From positions 186,001 through 250,000 of the forward strand of contig CP128815.1 of the NCBI GenBank assembly GCA_051546255.1: a stretch of DNA of 64,000 nt, written 5' to 3'. Numbering within the stretch: position 1 is the first letter of the stretch; each line of letters begins with the position of its first letter. Shown piece after piece: positions 31,401 to 43,013 of the stretch. The translations under genes and the position numbers were made by a program. The notes beneath the pieces are model-generated. The model was not told the origin of the DNA and did no database searches. It saw only the letters and a program-made list of their open reading frames with translations. Origin of the DNA: Meyerozyma guilliermondii (lineage: Eukaryota).

Positions 31401-32443
31401 ACTTCTTAATAACGAGAAAATCGAAAAGTCAAATTACATGCTGGTCAGCATGAAAGACTTTGCAGCCAATCTTTGCAGAGATCGACACTTCATTTTCAAT
31501 TCTTTTAAGAACATCTTGTTCTCGATAATATCCTTGAGGTATGTACGAAGTGGAACAGGATTTATTTTCATTGATCATATTCTATATCTCGACACAGTTG
31601 TTCACCATTTCACCACCAGAAATGCTTCTCATTGGCTACTTCTTTACTTGACAAAAGGGGATTCAAGTTTCCGTCCTGTTGACAACAATGTATTTGTTCT
31701 TCTTGCTATGGTATACATTGACCCGTTTTATCCATGGACATGACCTCAAATTTAGTGCCTCTTTCCTAGAAAAATCTTGACGATTCTCATCAGGACGTTA
31801 CTGCAATTGGTGTTATGGAGGAGCCTAGTTTTTCTTAATTGTACTCAAATCTCGGTATGTTGGAGCCATGTACATCATTTAATTTTATTTCACGCTCACA
31901 TCTGGATCTGTATGACCTATCCCGCTCATCATCGTGATAATGAATTGCTGAAAATTTATGGTAATAAGCCTGAAGCTATATTAAGAGTCGTTGTGATAGT
32001 CCAAATACTTGTGTAGGACATATGTTATGGTAAGCCGCAAATCGGATATAGGAACTAAGAGGCAATTGCAGGTGGCAGTTTTACCGAGTTTTCGCACAGT
32101 TTGCTCGTTTTCGCAGCCATTAATCAATTGAAGTAAGCGTGCGAATTCTTAGCCCGATGCTAATTGTGCTTTTTGGGAAAGTATCGCCTGTTTTCCAGCA
32201 CCATCTTCACTGGCAGAGCCCATATCATAGCTATAGTCTTGAGCTGATTCTACCGTGGCATTAGTAAGTGGTCGGGCGTAGCTCGGGCATAGTTCGGAAA
32301 TAAGTCCCGATCGGGAAATTGCAACCATTCGACTTCTTCCCACTCATTAGTAACATTCACACGGCTCTCCGCCTTATCACCGGATCAAACACTACCCAGC
32401 CGGTATATTAAGCCCTCAATTGACTGCAAATCACCACAAAAGA

Positions 32444-33199
32444 ATGGCAGAACAAGTATACTTTATCGCGGGTGCTTCTCGTGGAATTGGCCTCAGCTTG
32501 GCTACTTACTTCAGTAAGAATCCCAAAAATGTCGTTATTGCAACTGCTAGAAACCCTTCTACTTCTTCTGGTTTGAAGGAATTGAGCAAGGCGGACAATG
32601 TTCATGTTGTTTCTTTGGACTTGAACGACGAAAAAACCTTTGAAACAGCCAAGGCTGAGGTGTTGAAAGTCTCAGACTCAATTGATGTGTTTATTCTCAA
32701 TGGAGGCATTTATACCTCACATAACCCAATCTTGGAGACTTCAAAAGAACAATTCCTTAGTCACTATGCTACCAATGCTCTTGGACGAATTCTTTTGTTC
32801 CAGGCCTTTTATGAATTGGTAAAAAAGAGTACTTTGAAAAAAGTGATTTTCGTTTCAAGTTTGGTTGGAAGTGTAAGTGAGTATCCTAAGCTTAGCAGCT
32901 CCGCCTATGGACAGTCCAAGGCTGCTCTCAATCACAGCGTTAGACAGCTTGGGCGTGAGCTTGCTGAAGAAGACTTCATCGTGGTTTCCGTCAATCCAGG
33001 TTTGGTCGGTACTGATATGCTCCTCAATGCCAAAGAGAAGCTTCTTGCCAAGATCCCAGCTTTTGCTCCTCGTTTTGCGCCTGGGGGACACTTTACTCCC
33101 GATGAAAGTGCTGAGAAGTTGGCAGCTGTGATTAAAAAACTCAAGAAAGAAGACTCAAACAAGTTCTGGAACTACGATGGTACTGAGGTTCCCTGGTAA
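32444..33199 (+). CDS. Short-chain dehydrogenase/reductase (C-factor-like)
   Basis: AGASRGIG Rossmann motif, YGQSK catalytic motif, NPGLVGTDM, FWNYDG..PW end. Confidence 0.92.
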   Translation: MAEQVYFIAGASRGIGLSLATYFSKNPKNVVIATARNPSTSSGLKELSKADNVHVVSLDLNDEKTFETAKAEVLKVSDSIDVFILNGGIYTSHNPILETSKEQFLSHYATNALGRILLFQAFYELVKKSTLKKVIFVSSLVGSVSEYPKLSSSAYGQSKAALNHSVRQLGRELAEEDFIVVSVNPGLVGTDMLLNAKEKLLAKIPAFAPRFAPGGHFTPDESAEKLAAVIKKLKKEDSNKFWNYDGTEVPW

Positions 33200-33523
33200 T
33201 TATATAGACAACATTGAGCATACTTGTAAGTCAATACCAAGCAATATAGATATGAGTTCACCAGCATAGTCAAAATTGATATTGAACTCAAACAGTGACG
33301 ACGCAATCCGACAGACTTGTGATTGACCCATAGTGCATAATCTCCAGCAATCGCTCTTTGGTAACGAAACCGCTAGATGTTGTCAAATACATCATTTTCA
33401 AGGCTTCTTCATAGAGAAATTCACACTATATTATTTGCAGCCGTACTAAGGTCCATTTGGTACTGTAATGTAGGTAGACACTGCCAGTAGATATTAGAGC
33501 AAGTTGAAGTAGATATAGTAATA

Positions 33524-36500
33524 TTAAAACGTAAACGTAATACTACTGACTTCTGGCACAACCAACAAGGTCTCAGACCCATTCTTCAAAATAGTATCCA
33601 TTGAGATTTCTTGTTCTTGTGCCGATGCAGACTTAATGCCGATTTTTGGAAGTTCAAGCTTCCCCACATTCAACGGTATAAGCACAAGACTGAAGTCGTT
33701 TTCGCTAAAGCCCGTGGAGTAGTCAACCTCAAAAATTTCTCTTTTGAACCCTGATATCAACCAATTTTCGTCGTATAAAAGGGATGCTTGGAAGCTGTGT
33801 TTCTTCTTCACAGGCTCTCCACGCTTTGGCGATGATGATGCCAAAATTTCCTCATTCTCCAAGCCGGACTTCTCTAACGCCCACAGGCTGATCGTATTGA
33901 TGGTCAACTTGATCTCGATTGGTTCTCCAACCAAGTACTGCGATTTTCTTTCGTACTCGAATGTAGCTGAATGTAAGACGTCCAAACTAGGAGCAGGAAC
34001 AGCAATTCTAAGCTCCCTCAATTCATCACCAGGTTCCTCAGGCTCGAGCCATTGGTCGCTAATAACATCACCTACTACTTTTACCAACTGTTGCTGTAAA
34101 TGCTCAAAAGGAACATACTTGTTTGCCATTTTTGCAGCAAATAACAAGGTCTCATTGTGATTGAGTACTTTCACCTCACGATAAATTGCATAATGATTCA
34201 AGTCAAACCTAAGAGAATCTTGCAAAATTGAATGAATAAGAAACCAATAATGATCAAGCTTCAAACTTTTGAATTCTCCGATTAATCTCTTCTGTAAGCT
34301 CAAAAGGCATTCGCTTCGTATATCAGAGTAGGTCACCTTCAAATCAAACTTTTCAACTTGAAAGTTGCGATACGTTGCAGTGGGTAAGATTCTGTACAAA
34401 TAAGATACAGGCTGCTCTCCGAACGCAACGACACTATCATAACTCTTACTTGGCACTTGAATGTCAAAGTTTGTACTATCAGACGTCAAAGTGACATCTT
34501 TGATTCTAATTGGGAACTTTGCATTTGATGTGCCAACCTGAAACTTGGAATAGAAGAAAGATTCTCGAAAAATATCCAGAACCGTCACAGATACAGCTAG
34601 TGATCTGTCTATATCATCATCCATGAAATATTGAAAAGTTTCTCCATTGACAGTGTACGAGATTTGTGCACTTACGTTAAGCTTTAGTGAATCTCCAGTG
34701 TAGAAGTACTTGACTGGAATTCTTTTCACTTCCTTCCTATTAAGCAGTTCGGTTTGCTGTCGAAACGCACGCCCATGATTGTCGAATTTAACATCAACGG
34801 AGCCAAAGGTGACCGTGATATCCAACTTCAGCAAATCATTGTCACCGTTGTGTATCTCAAGCTCTATTGCATTGGAACCAAGGACCAACAGCGAAGGTTG
34901 TCGGAATTCGCACCAAAACTTGTTCAAGTTTCTGTACATTAGCAAGAGATTAGGTTCAGCTTGGGGGGCTTGAAGAAGGGTTGCAGCCTGAGTAAAGCTT
35001 CCGTTGGTGAATTTCAAAACTGTTTGGTTGAAATCATCATCACCATCACCATCTCTGCTTAATTTTTCACAAAATTGCAACTTTTCGCTCAAGTTAACGA
35101 TTATTTGCTTGGGACTCAAATACCCTCTTCTAAAGTTATTGGAATAGACTTTTATTGTCTGTTCCCTTTCATTGGTGAGAGTAACATTCTTTCTCAAAAA
35201 GGTGATATTCTCTCCACTGGTTTGAAACTCTATTGCAACCGAACTCCACGTTATCGGTATGCCTAACAAATTGGTAACTTTTAGCTCCACAAAATATCTG
35301 TCTAGCGAGCTTTCAAAGTCTGCCAGTATGTATGAAGATATTTTTGTTGTGAAGAAAGTTTGTAAGGGGTACTCGACAGTTTCACTCAAGTGTAGCGAAC
35401 AGTCAATCATTTTCTCGAAGAGACCTTCAATCTGAGGTTTTTTTTTGATCAGCTGATATGAGTTGATCCCAACTACTTTGCCGCTGGTGGAGCTGGATGG
35501 GATACTGGCAAGTAGTTTGAGGCATATATCAAGAAGCATCACATGGTTATCAGGATTCACTTTTTGTATACAATGCAAATAGACTTCTAAGAGAACCCCG
35601 CCCAAAAAAGTCCATCCGCTTTCGATGAAATATTGATATGAGTTGTGAATGATATCTATGGCTGCTTCGTAGTTGCCTTTGTGATAATTTAAAAAGGCCA
35701 AGTCAATACTTAGCATGTCTATGGTTTTCTCTCTACCACAGACCACGAGATCTTGAATAATAAACTCCGTTACTTGTTCAAAATAATTGTAGTAGGAGGC
35801 TGTATCCTTGAGTATTTCCTTGAGACGTGGGTAAGAAAATGGAGGGTTGTTTCTTGGCTTTGTATCATCGTCGAGAGAAATGTCTTGAAAGTGTTGATGT
35901 AAAACATCATCAAGGCCCTTGATGGAGAAGCCGTTCTTTGATGCAATTGCAATGAGAGCACTTCTTTGAAGTAGTACTAGTTCTGCCCGTGAGTTGTAGA
36001 AATCAGTACTCAGTAACTTGATCTCATCATCCGTAGAAGCAGTGAGGAACTTGTCTGCAGAAACATATGTATCCAGGTTAGTGAATAGATCAATAACAGC
36101 AAACATCCACTCGTTGACATCACACAGTGCGTCCAGGGAGACATCATTCAAGAAGCGAGACAAACGTTTTAGCATCACACCCACATGAGCTATTGACAGT
36201 GAAGGAGATGAAGAAGATGCCAAAGCCCTCAAGATTTGTGTTTGAGCACTAAAGACCAGGCTCTTGAGACAGAACACATTAACGGGGGGAGATTGAAGAA
36301 GTTTGTCAGGGTCAAAGGAACTGACGTCTTTCACTCCTAGGGTATCTATGTTGAAGTTGTTCAGATCCACTGATATGTCAAACGACTCGGTAAATGCAGA
36401 TTTGTTTGTGGGAATCAAGATATTGATCGCCGAGTAAAGATCATCGTATATTGCCAAGGAGTCCTCAAGCAATCTCATATGGTAGAATAATCTTGCAAGT

Positions 36501-37141
36501 TGAACCTTAGCCAAGAGCGAGCTCATGTGATTCTGATTGTAAGTCAGCAACATGTCGTTATACTGTTGGTGTTTGGAATCGAATGTGTTCAAGAGCATCG
36601 ACTTGATTTGGCTAATAAGTTCGGTATAAGACTCGGTTTTAGCAAAGTCACTTTCGTACTTTTGGCGAAGCTTTATACATCGTTCAGTACCTGGTTCAAT
36701 TGACAATTCCGAGAGCTCTTTGCCACTGGTATCGAAGTCGATTTTTAGTTTGTCAAAAAGTGAAGTTTTGATAATAGTAGACAGCTTATCTTTCGATCCT
36801 GAAGGCATCACGAACAATATCATCCATTCCACCAGCGACGTCACCACCAATTTCTTGAGCCATTCCTTGATCAATGGCCTTACTTGCAGTCGATAAAGCT
36901 CAAGACTATCGTAGGTAACAAACATGAGGCGAAGATACACCGAAGAATCGGTTGTCGCTGACGATTTAGGGATTTCTTCAACAAGTTCAACTGGTAAAAC
37001 TGGAATTGATTTGACTGGTTTCAACGAATTGTACTTCCAGTGCAAGTTTGTGAGTGGGAATTTATGCTGTAGTTCATTTTGGACTGCTTGGTACGTATTA
37101 AAAGGATCATAGTATCCTATTCGAACTGGGTGGCTTGCCAT
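33524..37141 (-). CDS. TRS130: TRAPPII subunit Trs130
   Basis: YYDPF...PLTNLHWK N-terminus; NWLISG and LIPLNVGKLELP in the TRAPPC10-type C-terminus. Confidence 0.85.
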   Translation of the reverse strand: MASHPVRIGYYDPFNTYQAVQNELQHKFPLTNLHWKYNSLKPVKSIPVLPVELVEEIPKSSATTDSSVYLRLMFVTYDSLELYRLQVRPLIKEWLKKLVVTSLVEWMILFVMPSGSKDKLSTIIKTSLFDKLKIDFDTSGKELSELSIEPGTERCIKLRQKYESDFAKTESYTELISQIKSMLLNTFDSKHQQYNDMLLTYNQNHMSSLLAKVQLARLFYHMRLLEDSLAIYDDLYSAINILIPTNKSAFTESFDISVDLNNFNIDTLGVKDVSSFDPDKLLQSPPVNVFCLKSLVFSAQTQILRALASSSSPSLSIAHVGVMLKRLSRFLNDVSLDALCDVNEWMFAVIDLFTNLDTYVSADKFLTASTDDEIKLLSTDFYNSRAELVLLQRSALIAIASKNGFSIKGLDDVLHQHFQDISLDDDTKPRNNPPFSYPRLKEILKDTASYYNYFEQVTEFIIQDLVVCGREKTIDMLSIDLAFLNYHKGNYEAAIDIIHNSYQYFIESGWTFLGGVLLEVYLHCIQKVNPDNHVMLLDICLKLLASIPSSSTSGKVVGINSYQLIKKKPQIEGLFEKMIDCSLHLSETVEYPLQTFFTTKISSYILADFESSLDRYFVELKVTNLLGIPITWSSVAIEFQTSGENITFLRKNVTLTNEREQTIKVYSNNFRRGYLSPKQIIVNLSEKLQFCEKLSRDGDGDDDFNQTVLKFTNGSFTQAATLLQAPQAEPNLLLMYRNLNKFWCEFRQPSLLVLGSNAIELEIHNGDNDLLKLDITVTFGSVDVKFDNHGRAFRQQTELLNRKEVKRIPVKYFYTGDSLKLNVSAQISYTVNGETFQYFMDDDIDRSLAVSVTVLDIFRESFFYSKFQVGTSNAKFPIRIKDVTLTSDSTNFDIQVPSKSYDSVVAFGEQPVSYLYRILPTATYRNFQVEKFDLKVTYSDIRSECLLSLQKRLIGEFKSLKLDHYWFLIHSILQDSLRFDLNHYAIYREVKVLNHNETLLFAAKMANKYVPFEHLQQQLVKVVGDVISDQWLEPEEPGDELRELRIAVPAPSLDVLHSATFEYERKSQYLVGEPIEIKLTINTISLWALEKSGLENEEILASSSPKRGEPVKKKHSFQASLLYDENWLISGFKREIFEVDYSTGFSENDFSLVLIPLNVGKLELPKIGIKSASAQEQEISMDTILKNGSETLLVVPEVSSITFTF

Positions 37142-37416
37142 AATGATCCATCCGCCAAGGTGAGAACTTTATTTAATGCAAAAGCGCGACCACTAAATTT
37201 CACCGCGCAACCACCAAAAGTCAGCAGTGCCCCAGTAAAAGAAAAGAGGGCTATTGTGACAAAGTAACCATTAATGTATTCTCGCCGTAATGCTATACAT
37301 TCATTAAACTTCCTAATTTCAAAGGCGTCATCTTCCCAACATTGAAGTACGGTTCCATATTTAGCTGCAAATTTCTTGACATCAATCATAGCTTCTTATT
37401 CAACTAAAAACTCAAG

Positions 37417-38967
37417 CTAGACAGCCACTTCGTGGTGTTTGCTGTGGGATTTCGAATCCCTGTCGTCTAGCGAATCCTCGATAGACTTTTCATCATCGGT
37501 ATCTTCAACAAGGTACTCGTCTCTTTCAACACCCATGGCAGCTCCTCTGTTTTCAGGTCCAAAGAAGGTGATGAGTATGACATAGACAAACACACAGGCA
37601 ATGAAAATGGCCATAACCTTGGCATAGTCGTATACATCACCCTCTTCACCTCTCAAAGGAAATTTTTGACCAATGGTAGCCTCGATAGTAGAACTAGCAC
37701 TTGAGCACAAGTTTCCCAATTGATACGCAGTACCAGCCACGAAGGATCTGTATTCTGGGGGAGACAATTCCGACAAATGAATGGGAATCACACCCCATGC
37801 ACCCTGGACACCAGCTTGAAGGAAAAATACACCGGCATTGATTCCGGATCCTTTTATAAAAGCCCATGGGTAGATCATAGCTCCGCCGAGTATACAAGCA
37901 ATGATAATGGCCAAGCGACGACCAATAAACGTAGAAATATGTCCAAACACCATTCCACCAAAGATGGCTCCTAAATTTGCAACCGAATTAGTTACGGCAG
38001 ATCTATCTGCTCCATAACCGTATTGAACTGTCAACATAGTAGGGTACAAATCTTGCGAACCATGAGACATGAAATTGAATCCTGCCATCATGAGAACAGA
38101 ATAGATGACCACAAGCCAATACTTTCTCATGGCTTCTTTTCCTTCCGAACTAAATTGATAGATTTTGAGTGGTTCTTTTTCTCTGGAAGCTCTCCTTCTG
38201 TCTTGTTGACGAAGGAATGTATCAGTCTCAGGAGTGAAGAATCTCCATATCATAAAAAGAACTGCAGGACCTGCCGAGAACCAGAAAAGTGACCTCCAAC
38301 CTTTCTCTGTGGTGTCAGTAATGGCTCTTTGGAATACAACAACCAACAAGTATCCCAAGGCATATCCCTGTTGAAACATACCACTAATGAACCCTCTTGC
38401 CTTAGGAGGACAATCATCCAATGCACAAGCAGCACAGTTACCAAACATTCCACCCATTGCAATTCCAAAAAGTGCTCTAACACCTAAGAATTGTTTGTAA
38501 GTTTGGACGAATCCAGTGCCAATTTGAAGAACCACCAAAAGGAACATATTGACAATATACGGCCATTTTCTACCGTAACGATCACCCCATAAACCAAAAA
38601 TCACAGCACCAACAGCTCTTAACATGAGAACAAGGGTAATTCCCCAGGTGATACTCTTGTGGGATTCATTGAGAGACTCGGCAATATTGGCAACATTCAA
38701 GGACACCGCGAAAAAGTCAAACGCATCCCAGGTCCAGCCTGCTAAACCAATAAGGTAAAAGTTCCATTGGCGACGATTCAACTCTCCTAGAACCTTGAAC
38801 GGGAAGAAGACATCGGTTTTGGTAACTCCTTTTAACTCTTCTTTCGATGGAACAAGAGTAGTGAATCGAGTTTTGAAGTATTTTGCAATTGCTCGCGAAG
38901 TGAATTTGGGCGGTTGCATAATGTGCTTATTGTGGTCATGGTAGACCGAGGAATGAATGGAGGACAT
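37417..38967 (-). CDS. JEN1: Jen-family carboxylate/H+ symporter
   Basis: GWTWDAFDFF, DRYGRKWP, NFMSHGSQDLYPT signature. JEN1 versus JEN2 is not certain. Confidence 0.8.
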   Translation of the reverse strand: MSSIHSSVYHDHNKHIMQPPKFTSRAIAKYFKTRFTTLVPSKEELKGVTKTDVFFPFKVLGELNRRQWNFYLIGLAGWTWDAFDFFAVSLNVANIAESLNESHKSITWGITLVLMLRAVGAVIFGLWGDRYGRKWPYIVNMFLLVVLQIGTGFVQTYKQFLGVRALFGIAMGGMFGNCAACALDDCPPKARGFISGMFQQGYALGYLLVVVFQRAITDTTEKGWRSLFWFSAGPAVLFMIWRFFTPETDTFLRQQDRRRASREKEPLKIYQFSSEGKEAMRKYWLVVIYSVLMMAGFNFMSHGSQDLYPTMLTVQYGYGADRSAVTNSVANLGAIFGGMVFGHISTFIGRRLAIIIACILGGAMIYPWAFIKGSGINAGVFFLQAGVQGAWGVIPIHLSELSPPEYRSFVAGTAYQLGNLCSSASSTIEATIGQKFPLRGEEGDVYDYAKVMAIFIACVFVYVILITFFGPENRGAAMGVERDEYLVEDTDDEKSIEDSLDDRDSKSHSKHHEVAV

Positions 38968-39406
38968 AACGCAGATATTCACTTATCAAGCTGTCAGTTT
39001 CAATTCAGTCAAATGCTATTCGATTTACAAGACCTGTCAACAATTTGCCAAGAATACGTCAAAAAGGTCTTGTTCTCTGATCAGCTAAACTTGCCTTGTT
39101 TGAAAAACTGCTTCAAGTTGCATCTTATATAGAATTCGGACGGGAGGGGAAGAGTAAACTTGCTGCATAAGCTGTCCAAAGCTGCACCCAACGTCCAAAC
39201 TTCTACGATCGTAATCTGCATCCCCGGAGTATTTCATAAGATTTCCGCATTGACGCACGTCTCGCAGCCATTGAAATCGGACGAGTGAGGCTCAATTGTA
39301 CGAACTCGGCGATTAGAGGCATCGAGGTACAGGACCCATGCAACCACGCCAAGAAGTGATCGGGGCTTCGAGGTCCGAGATATTGTTTTTCTCGCATATA
39401 GTGCTG

Positions 39407-39417
39407 AAAATGTGGGG
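39407..39417 (+). promoter_or_regulatory. Mig1-type site (AAAATGTGGGG) in the JEN promoter
   Basis: AT-box plus GTGGGG, with extra CCCCGG elements near 39221 and 39422. Glucose repression of JEN genes is established. Confidence 0.5.
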
Positions 39418-39771
39418 ATTACCCCGGTGCCAAGATTTGTGTCAGAAAATGAAAAAAACGCACCTACCTGCATATAACAGTATCAGCCCTACTAAGTGAA
39501 TGCACGCCCTTCCCACATTATTGAGGATAGGACCGATATCTTAAAAGATGGCTGAGCTTGACCTGTGGCTCGAGTAATGTCGTTTATTCGTACTTTTAAG
39601 TCCTTATGTGTAGTTTTCAGCTGAAACTCAAGCGAAAAAATTCACGATTTCTCAGCCGCAGTGAAAGCCAAGAAAAAATATATTCTAGTGGGTCCGGCTA
39701 ATACGCTTATCCTTACCATTGATCGGAAAAGAACGCGGAGAGCCCGGAGTTCTCTTTTCATACTGAAAGTT

Positions 39772-40866
39772 TCAGAAAAATGTCCTCGACACATCGTAGT
39801 CCGCCGATACCGGCCTATGGTCGCTCATGTAGAAATCATAGTATGAGTGGAGAATAGCAAACGACCGAAGAGCAATCTTGTGGGTTTTGTGGAAGTCCCA
39901 ATTGTAGTAATTGATCGATTCGGTGGTTTCCATTGAAGGTTGATCGTTACCATTCTCTGCAAAATATGGTGCCCACACATAGTCGATGACCGAATTTGCT
40001 TCATTATGTTTGTTGAACCCAGTAAAAGTGCCAGTATGCCCATAGTGGTGTAGGTGATCAATAAGAGCACGAGAATCTTTCATACCATGTTTGATGAGAA
40101 TCTGGTATGGTTCATCTGTTGGCTGGGTATTGAAGTCACCGCAAAGAAATGAAGGATAATTGTTGTAATTTTCCATCTTGTTGGCAATAAGCTGGGCCAG
40201 ATGTCTTCTCGCCGCCTTTCCACGATGATCAAAATGCGTGTTGAAAAAGTTTAACGTGACGAGCGGGTTCAATTTCGACCGAAGGGTCACCATCGTGACA
40301 ATTCTTTCAAGTGCAGCATCCCAGCCCTTACTGGGAATACGCGGGGTTTCCAGCAACCAAAACGTCTTGTTGTCTACAAGATCCCAGTCTGAAGTTCTGT
40401 ACAAGATTGGAGCGTATTCTCCACGCGTATAGCCATCAGAGCGACCGACTCCATAATAGGTCCATTCATCCCTCGTATCTTTGTTGTTCAAGTTGAACAA
40501 AATGTCCTGCAATTGGTGGTGTAACACTTCCTGAAGACATACCACACTAGCAAAACTAGCATCTGTGTTATAGTCGATGGAAGAAGTTACCAAGTGCTTT
40601 CTTTCCGACCAGTACCGTTCGTGCTTGTCGAGATTGTGGTTATCAAATCGAATGTTATGGGTATAAAGACGCACCCTGAGTGGTTTATTCAATTCTGGGT
40701 ACCGAACCGTGTACACTGCATTCCAAAGGCTTGATCTGTACGACAAATAAGTGGAAATAATGGCGATAGTCATCACCAAAGCAATCACAGCTCTCGTGAA
40801 GAAGCGTTTCCTACGAGGTCCATTTGGCTTCAGAACAATCAACGAAGTATATTCGGTTGCCTCCAT
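39772..40866 (-). CDS. EEP (DNase I-like) phosphoesterase with N-terminal TM anchor
   Basis: THNIR, LQE, GEYAPI, FWL(S)ETP, NTHFDH, GDFN, IDY, SDHRP. Confidence 0.9.
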   Translation of the reverse strand: MEATEYTSLIVLKPNGPRRKRFFTRAVIALVMTIAIISTYLSYRSSLWNAVYTVRYPELNKPLRVRLYTHNIRFDNHNLDKHERYWSERKHLVTSSIDYNTDASFASVVCLQEVLHHQLQDILFNLNNKDTRDEWTYYGVGRSDGYTRGEYAPILYRTSDWDLVDNKTFWLLETPRIPSKGWDAALERIVTMVTLRSKLNPLVTLNFFNTHFDHRGKAARRHLAQLIANKMENYNNYPSFLCGDFNTQPTDEPYQILIKHGMKDSRALIDHLHHYGHTGTFTGFNKHNEANSVIDYVWAPYFAENGNDQPSMETTESINYYNWDFHKTHKIALRSFAILHSYYDFYMSDHRPVSADYDVSRTFF

Positions 40867-41048
40867 GCTGGGTATTGGAATCTAGTATAGCTGGATCAAC
40901 TGGAGTGAAACTTTGACTCGAGGTAAGGTCCGCAGTAACCCCTTCTGCTTCAAATATGGGGTAATTAGCCCTGTCTGCAGGAAAACACAATGAGGGCTGC
41001 ACGGTTGCAAATCAGAACGTGGGCCGACACGAAAATTGCGTGGCAGTG

Positions 41049-42776
41049 TTACTTTCTTCTGCGAGTTGAAGTTGACGATCTTTTGGCTCCGGTAGAAACA
41101 GGTATGTCTTTAGTTTCCTCTTCTTTACTTCTTTCTTCTTTTTTCTTTTCTTCTTCTTCAACTTTATTGCTCTCTTTATTGGCAACCGGAGAAGAGCTTA
41201 TCATGAAGCCAATGGCACTTATGAGTCCAAACACAAACGTGAACAACGACAAAAACGTACAGCTGTAAATCAAACACTCCATGGGTTTCTCGCGTATTAC
41301 TCCGTATGGTCTCCTGCTGAACTCTTCGTAGACCGATCTAGCCTCATATACTTGTTCGATGAGAATAGTTTGGATAGCCTTCACAATCGCAGTAAATGAG
41401 AATTCGTCGTCGTCATCGAGATACGAATCTATTTCTTTGGGAGGTGCTAATGGCTCTTCACCTATAATTGGAGGTGCAAAGTACTTTCCTTCTAATTCTT
41501 GCTTCATGAGAAAAGTGGTGTTCCCAATATGTTCCGCTTCTTCAATGGAGTGCCCAAGATAGATATTGTCAAAGAGAATGTTTGGGGACATTGTCCACAA
41601 TTCGAACCCTATTCCACCAATAGGTTCCATATCTGCTGGTCTTTCATCCTTGTAATAATTGGGATTGGGTATGTATCCCGGAGTCCATGGACCTTGATAG
41701 TTTGGATTTTCTATCATTGGTGGATTCCACCGCCCTTTAAAGTTAGGGTTGAGGATTGACGGTGGGCTCCATGGGCCGCATTGACCATTTGTACAATCTG
41801 GGTTAGCCACTAATGGCGGGATCCACTTTCCATCTACGCTCTCATTCCAGTCCTCAGGTATACTAGCCTCGGGATCAGGAATCATCGGAGAAATGCTTTC
41901 GTTCCAATCTTCAGGCTTGACAGCATTTGGATCAGGAATTCTTGGTGAGCCATATAATTCGTCGTAGTTCTCGGGCTTTGGAGGATGATGAGGATCGGGT
42001 ATATACTTTCGATCGTCCCAATCTTCTGGTTTTTTTGCGCTGGTATCTATAATCTCTTTTGGTGGTTCGAATGGAGGAGTAAACTTGTTTTCATCGAGCA
42101 AGCTTCCAGCTTTGGCAATTTCTCCATTTATCCGGATTTCAAACTTTTGATTTTTGTGAAGAATCAATGTATACAAGTTTGAAAAATGTCCGCCGCGAGA
42201 CATTGGAGGAGTTCTTAGATGATGCTCCTCGTATTTCTTTGCGACCGGGTTATATCGGTTGAGAATCAAGTGTATTTTGTCTTCCATTCCACACTGATCA
42301 GGACCAAACATCAAGAGAAATTTGGTATGCTTGCTGAACTCATCTTCAAAGTCCTCTCCTAACAACTTGATGTACGCTCCACCACAATCAAGTCCATCTT
42401 GTAGCTTTATCTCGTACTGGAGTACCAAATCCTGGTGGTCGTTGACAAAGGGTTTTTCAAACCGGTACGAAATTGCGTGATGAGCAGCTGGTGTCTTCAT
42501 TACCAAACCTTTATCGTCCACGAAGCCCTGGTTCTTCAAAGAGCCCTCAATTGACCAGGTTCCGTCGTATTGAGTGCCTTGAGAATCGCTATAATGTGAT
42601 GGTTTCCATTTTGAATCTTTCAAGTCATCGTAGGCAAATTGTTCAAAAAATGCATCCGGAGTAAAAGGGTCAGTATATGGCCTGAAATAGGGTCTACTTT
42701 CTCCTTGCTCGCTAGCAAAACATCTACGACAGACCAATGCTATCCAGATCAGGGTCAAGATCAGAATTTTCATCAT
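41049..42776 (-). CDS. CNE1: Calnexin
   Basis: Signal peptide, CGGAYIKL, MFGPDQC, KPEDWD/IPDP P-domain repeats, IGFELWTM, C-terminal TM and basic tail. Confidence 0.93.
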   Translation of the reverse strand: MMKILILTLIWIALVCRRCFASEQGESRPYFRPYTDPFTPDAFFEQFAYDDLKDSKWKPSHYSDSQGTQYDGTWSIEGSLKNQGFVDDKGLVMKTPAAHHAISYRFEKPFVNDHQDLVLQYEIKLQDGLDCGGAYIKLLGEDFEDEFSKHTKFLLMFGPDQCGMEDKIHLILNRYNPVAKKYEEHHLRTPPMSRGGHFSNLYTLILHKNQKFEIRINGEIAKAGSLLDENKFTPPFEPPKEIIDTSAKKPEDWDDRKYIPDPHHPPKPENYDELYGSPRIPDPNAVKPEDWNESISPMIPDPEASIPEDWNESVDGKWIPPLVANPDCTNGQCGPWSPPSILNPNFKGRWNPPMIENPNYQGPWTPGYIPNPNYYKDERPADMEPIGGIGFELWTMSPNILFDNIYLGHSIEEAEHIGNTTFLMKQELEGKYFAPPIIGEEPLAPPKEIDSYLDDDDEFSFTAIVKAIQTILIEQVYEARSVYEEFSRRPYGVIREKPMECLIYSCTFLSLFTFVFGLISAIGFMISSSPVANKESNKVEEEEKKKEERSKEEETKDIPVSTGAKRSSTSTRRRK

Positions 42777-43013
42777 ACGTAATTCTGATGATAAGAGAAA
42801 ATTGCCTAATGATTTGGTGTACGGATGAAAAATGTGTGAAGAAGAAATAAGTGGTATAGGGTAAATAAAATAGTAGAGTGATCTCATGCCAAGATTATGC
42901 TGAAATAATCTTCAAATTCACTAAAACGTTATAACAGGCTTTCTTTTTATCGATCGTAAAATTAAAAGTAATAGTGAATTTTTCACAGTGAGTAACCTCT
43001 TCCTTCATCATTC

